Positions 61,520-64,000 of a stretch of DNA of 64,000 nt are shown here, in pieces. How positions within the stretch are numbered: the stretch's first letter is position 1; every line of letters begins with the position of its first letter. A program made the position numbers and the translations under genes. The notes under the pieces were generated by a model. It saw only the letters and a list, made by a program, of their open reading frames with translations. It was not told the DNA's origin and did no database searches. The DNA comes from an uncultured Candidatus Melainabacteria bacterium (GTDB lineage Bacteria > Cyanobacteriota > Vampirovibrionia > Gastranaerophilales > Gastranaerophilaceae): assembly GCA_934692665.1 (NCBI GenBank), contig CAKUUG010000004.1, positions 1,915 through 65,914 of the forward strand, in the 5' to 3' direction.

Positions 61520-62656
61520 CTACCATTCGCATTTATAAAATTTGTTATCAGCTTGTTTAATTAAACCGTTAAGTTCCAATTCTGTCAAGGTTGCCATAAG
61601 ACAAGAAGAGTTTGTTTCGGCTTCTTGTAGTATTTCATCAAAGGTTTTAGCCTCAAGCGTCATTATATCATATATTCTTCTTTGAGTTTCCGTTAAGTCG
61701 TATGACGGGTCGAATTTTTCTTTTATTTTGAAATTCCAGCCCAAGATTTCAAGAATATCATTAGTATAACATACAATTCCGGCACCTTGTTTTATCAAAT
61801 GGAAAACCCCTTCTGTATTGGGGTTTGAAATTCTACCCGGCATGCACATAAGTTCTCTGTTGTAGTCTAGTGTCAAGTTTGCACTAATCATAGCTCCGCT
61901 TTTTAATTGAGCTTCTGCAACAAAAGTTCCTTCAGACATTCCGACAACTATCCTGTTTCTTTGGGGAAATGTGTATTTTGTAGGTTTTGTTCCCAGTGGA
62001 TATTCGCTAAAAATTACACCTTTTTTTTCTAAAATTTCATCGAACAATTGGGTATTTTGTGTTGGATAAATTATATCCAATCCTGAACCCACTACTGCAA
62101 TGGTTTTTAAATCTACGCTCAAAGCCGCTCTATGTGCTGCAGCATCAATTCCATAAGCCAAGCCTGAAACAATAACGACAGGATTTGTATAAAATCCTCT
62201 TAATATTACAGACATAGCACCCACGCCTTCATTTGAGGCTTTTCTAGAGCCGACGACTGCTAGAGTATATTTGTAGTTAATATTTTCGATATCGCCTTTA
62301 TAATATAAAAGAAGCGGAAAATCAGGAATTTGTCTTAAAAGTGGAGGATATTTTTCGTCTTCATAAGTTACTATTCCTATTTCTTTATCTTTTAGAGCAT
62401 TTTCAAAACATTCATCTAAATCCAGTTTGTTTTTCTTTTTTAAAAAGTCTTTTGGAACTTTCATTCCTGTTTGTTCTGAAAAATTCATTAAATCGTTTTC
62501 GTCGACGTTGAAAGCTCTTTCTATATCAAAATCAAAAAATTCAAATAATTTTGATTTGAATATAGGGCGAAGATTTAAATAACTAAATCCTATGTAGTAT
62601 TTGTTTTTGTCTGTTTTTTCGGTCGTAGTCAGTTTTAGTTGGTATTGTTTTTTCAT
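61520..62656 (-). CDS. dprA: DNA-processing protein DprA
   Basis: VVGSRKAS, SGLAYGIDAAAHRAAL and FPQRNRI. Conserved dprA-topA adjacency. Confidence 0.92.
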   Translation of the reverse strand: MKKQYQLKLTTTEKTDKNKYYIGFSYLNLRPIFKSKLFEFFDFDIERAFNVDENDLMNFSEQTGMKVPKDFLKKKNKLDLDECFENALKDKEIGIVTYEDEKYPPLLRQIPDFPLLLYYKGDIENINYKYTLAVVGSRKASNEGVGAMSVILRGFYTNPVVIVSGLAYGIDAAAHRAALSVDLKTIAVVGSGLDIIYPTQNTQLFDEILEKKGVIFSEYPLGTKPTKYTFPQRNRIVVGMSEGTFVAEAQLKSGAMISANLTLDYNRELMCMPGRISNPNTEGVFHLIKQGAGIVCYTNDILEILGWNFKIKEKFDPSYDLTETQRRIYDIMTLEAKTFDEILQEAETNSSCLMATLTELELNGLIKQADNKFYKCEW

Positions 62657-63582
62657 TTTGTTTTCTTTAGTTCATTGTATTCTTTTTTTATCGCATTGAT
62701 ATCAAAAGTAAGAGTACTTTGATTTTCAAAAACGAGTTCTAATGTGTCAATTTCTGAGTCTTTGTCCCCATCTATTTCAAACAATTTTGCCATAATATAA
62801 TACATATCGCCATTGTCGTTGTTTTGGGTGAATTTTATTACAATATCTTTTGCTTCTTTTATTTTTTCTTGTTTAATTAATATTTGGCATAGAAGTTTGT
62901 ATGCTTCCAAGTCTTTTGGGTTTTTTTCTATTGTCTTTTTGAGCATAATGACAGCATCATCATATCTTTTTAATTCGTAATAAATTTGTGCTGTATTAAA
63001 ATAAGCCCAAGAATAATCAGGCGAAAGTTCGAGTACTTTTCTGTATTCAACGAGTGCGAAGTCGTATTCTTTTATTTTTTTGTATTCACAAGCCAAATGA
63101 AAATGAGCGAAATAGTCGCTATAATTGTATTCGATTGCTTTTTTGAAACATTTTATTGCATAATTTGAGTCGTTTTTTTTGGAATACAAAATACCTATCG
63201 AAAAAAAAGCATTTGCGTCTTCGTTTTTGTAGAATATTACTTTTTTGAGGTCTTGAATTGCTTCTTCAATATTTCCTTTTTGTTCTTCAACAAGTGCCAA
63301 ATTGTACAAAAAATCAGGCTCTTCAGGTTTTATTTCTACTGCTTTTTTGTAAGCAATCAAAGCATTGTCCGGATTTTTTAATTTTTCCCAACAAATTCCA
63401 CAATTGAAATACAAATCAGCATCATTTGGAAAAATTTCTAAAAGATATTTTATGTGAGAAAGAGCAACTTTTTCAAACCCTAAATCCAAACAAAACATTA
63501 TCAATTCACGTCTTGCTTGAAAATTCTTGGGATTGAGTTTTATTTTAGTTTGAAGATTTTCAAATTTTTCAATATCATTCAT
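62653..63582 (-). CDS. TPR-repeat protein
   Basis: Repeated 34-aa units (AYKKAVEIKPEEPDFLYNLA, etc.). 4-nt overlap with dprA. Confidence 0.8.
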   Translation of the reverse strand: MNDIEKFENLQTKIKLNPKNFQARRELIMFCLDLGFEKVALSHIKYLLEIFPNDADLYFNCGICWEKLKNPDNALIAYKKAVEIKPEEPDFLYNLALVEEQKGNIEEAIQDLKKVIFYKNEDANAFFSIGILYSKKNDSNYAIKCFKKAIEYNYSDYFAHFHLACEYKKIKEYDFALVEYRKVLELSPDYSWAYFNTAQIYYELKRYDDAVIMLKKTIEKNPKDLEAYKLLCQILIKQEKIKEAKDIVIKFTQNNDNGDMYYIMAKLFEIDGDKDSEIDTLELVFENQSTLTFDINAIKKEYNELKKTK

Positions 63583-63979
63583 CTTCTTTGTTTAATGTTT
63601 CATCTAAATCAACATCTATAATTTTGCCGTCAAATTCCATTACTGGAGAAGTTTCTTCTTGGTATTCTTCGTTTTCTTCAAAATCGTCATCTTGAACAAT
63701 TTTTTCGATAACGATTTGTGCCATATCTAGAGCTACTTTCTTTTTTGTGTCCGGTGAACATTTTTCTAACATTTGGATTGCTGTTCTAACAGTTGAATCG
63801 ATATCATACCAGCGTGAATGACCTCTTTGTATTCTGCCATCTTCAACAGCAGACATAATATCTTCAACATTTTCGTATTTATTGTCTTGAATGTTGTGTT
63901 CGATAATTACTTTAATCAAATTGAGTGCAACTTCGATTTGCTTTGTGTCTGTAGAAGTCGAAAGGGTTCTCATTGACAT
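63575..63979 (-). CDS. hypothetical protein (134 aa, acidic C-terminus)
   Basis: ORF overlapping the downstream TPR gene by 8 nt. No family recognised. Confidence 0.5.
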   Translation of the reverse strand: MSMRTLSTSTDTKQIEVALNLIKVIIEHNIQDNKYENVEDIMSAVEDGRIQRGHSRWYDIDSTVRTAIQMLEKCSPDTKKKVALDMAQIVIEKIVQDDDFEENEEYQEETSPVMEFDGKIIDVDLDETLNKEDE

Positions 63980-64000
63980 TGATAAAACGGGGTCTTTGTC

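Overview
AT-rich bacterial chromosomal window (about one-third G+C by eye, not computed), densely coding on both strands. It holds about 55 protein genes and 3 tRNAs (Val-GAC, Met/Ile2-CAU, Phe-GAA). I found no rRNA, CRISPR array, transposase or integrase. The backbone is housekeeping: atpD-atpC, a partial dcw cluster (murF-mraY-murD-ftsW-murG-folC), aroQ-thiL-ispD, upp, purB, clpP, trpB, dprA-topA-aroE, two GH57 glycogen enzymes and an MFP-RND-TolC efflux operon. Several traits fit a non-photosynthetic sister lineage of Cyanobacteria (Melainabacteria-like): beta/epsilon ATP synthase genes split from the other atp genes, an LdpA-like Fe-S protein, cyanobacterial-looking AtpD, GH57 enzymes, many TPR proteins and low GC. 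This placement is inference only. Candidate novel systems: (1) a CsoR/InrS-type metal-sensor operon, with promoter and operator, whose cargo is a Sec-exported protein with 28 Cys in CxC pairs, resembling a metallothionein. (2) A toxin-like gene (N-terminal WDESKHPRDRIGRF) translationally coupled to a multi-TM immunity-like gene, with a second copy of that gene in inverted orientation carrying the toxin 3' tip. (3) A tRNA-Val-adjacent two-gene DUF3800 module with no mobility genes. Other points of interest are a structured intergenic repeat family with CGAAG motifs seen at three loci, tRNA-Phe embedded in duplications of its own ends, a HisC-HAD fusion, a ~1000-aa coiled-coil protein divergent from murF, and a lineage-expanded beta-hairpin-repeat protein family. 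All family assignments come from motif recognition by eye; no database search was run.
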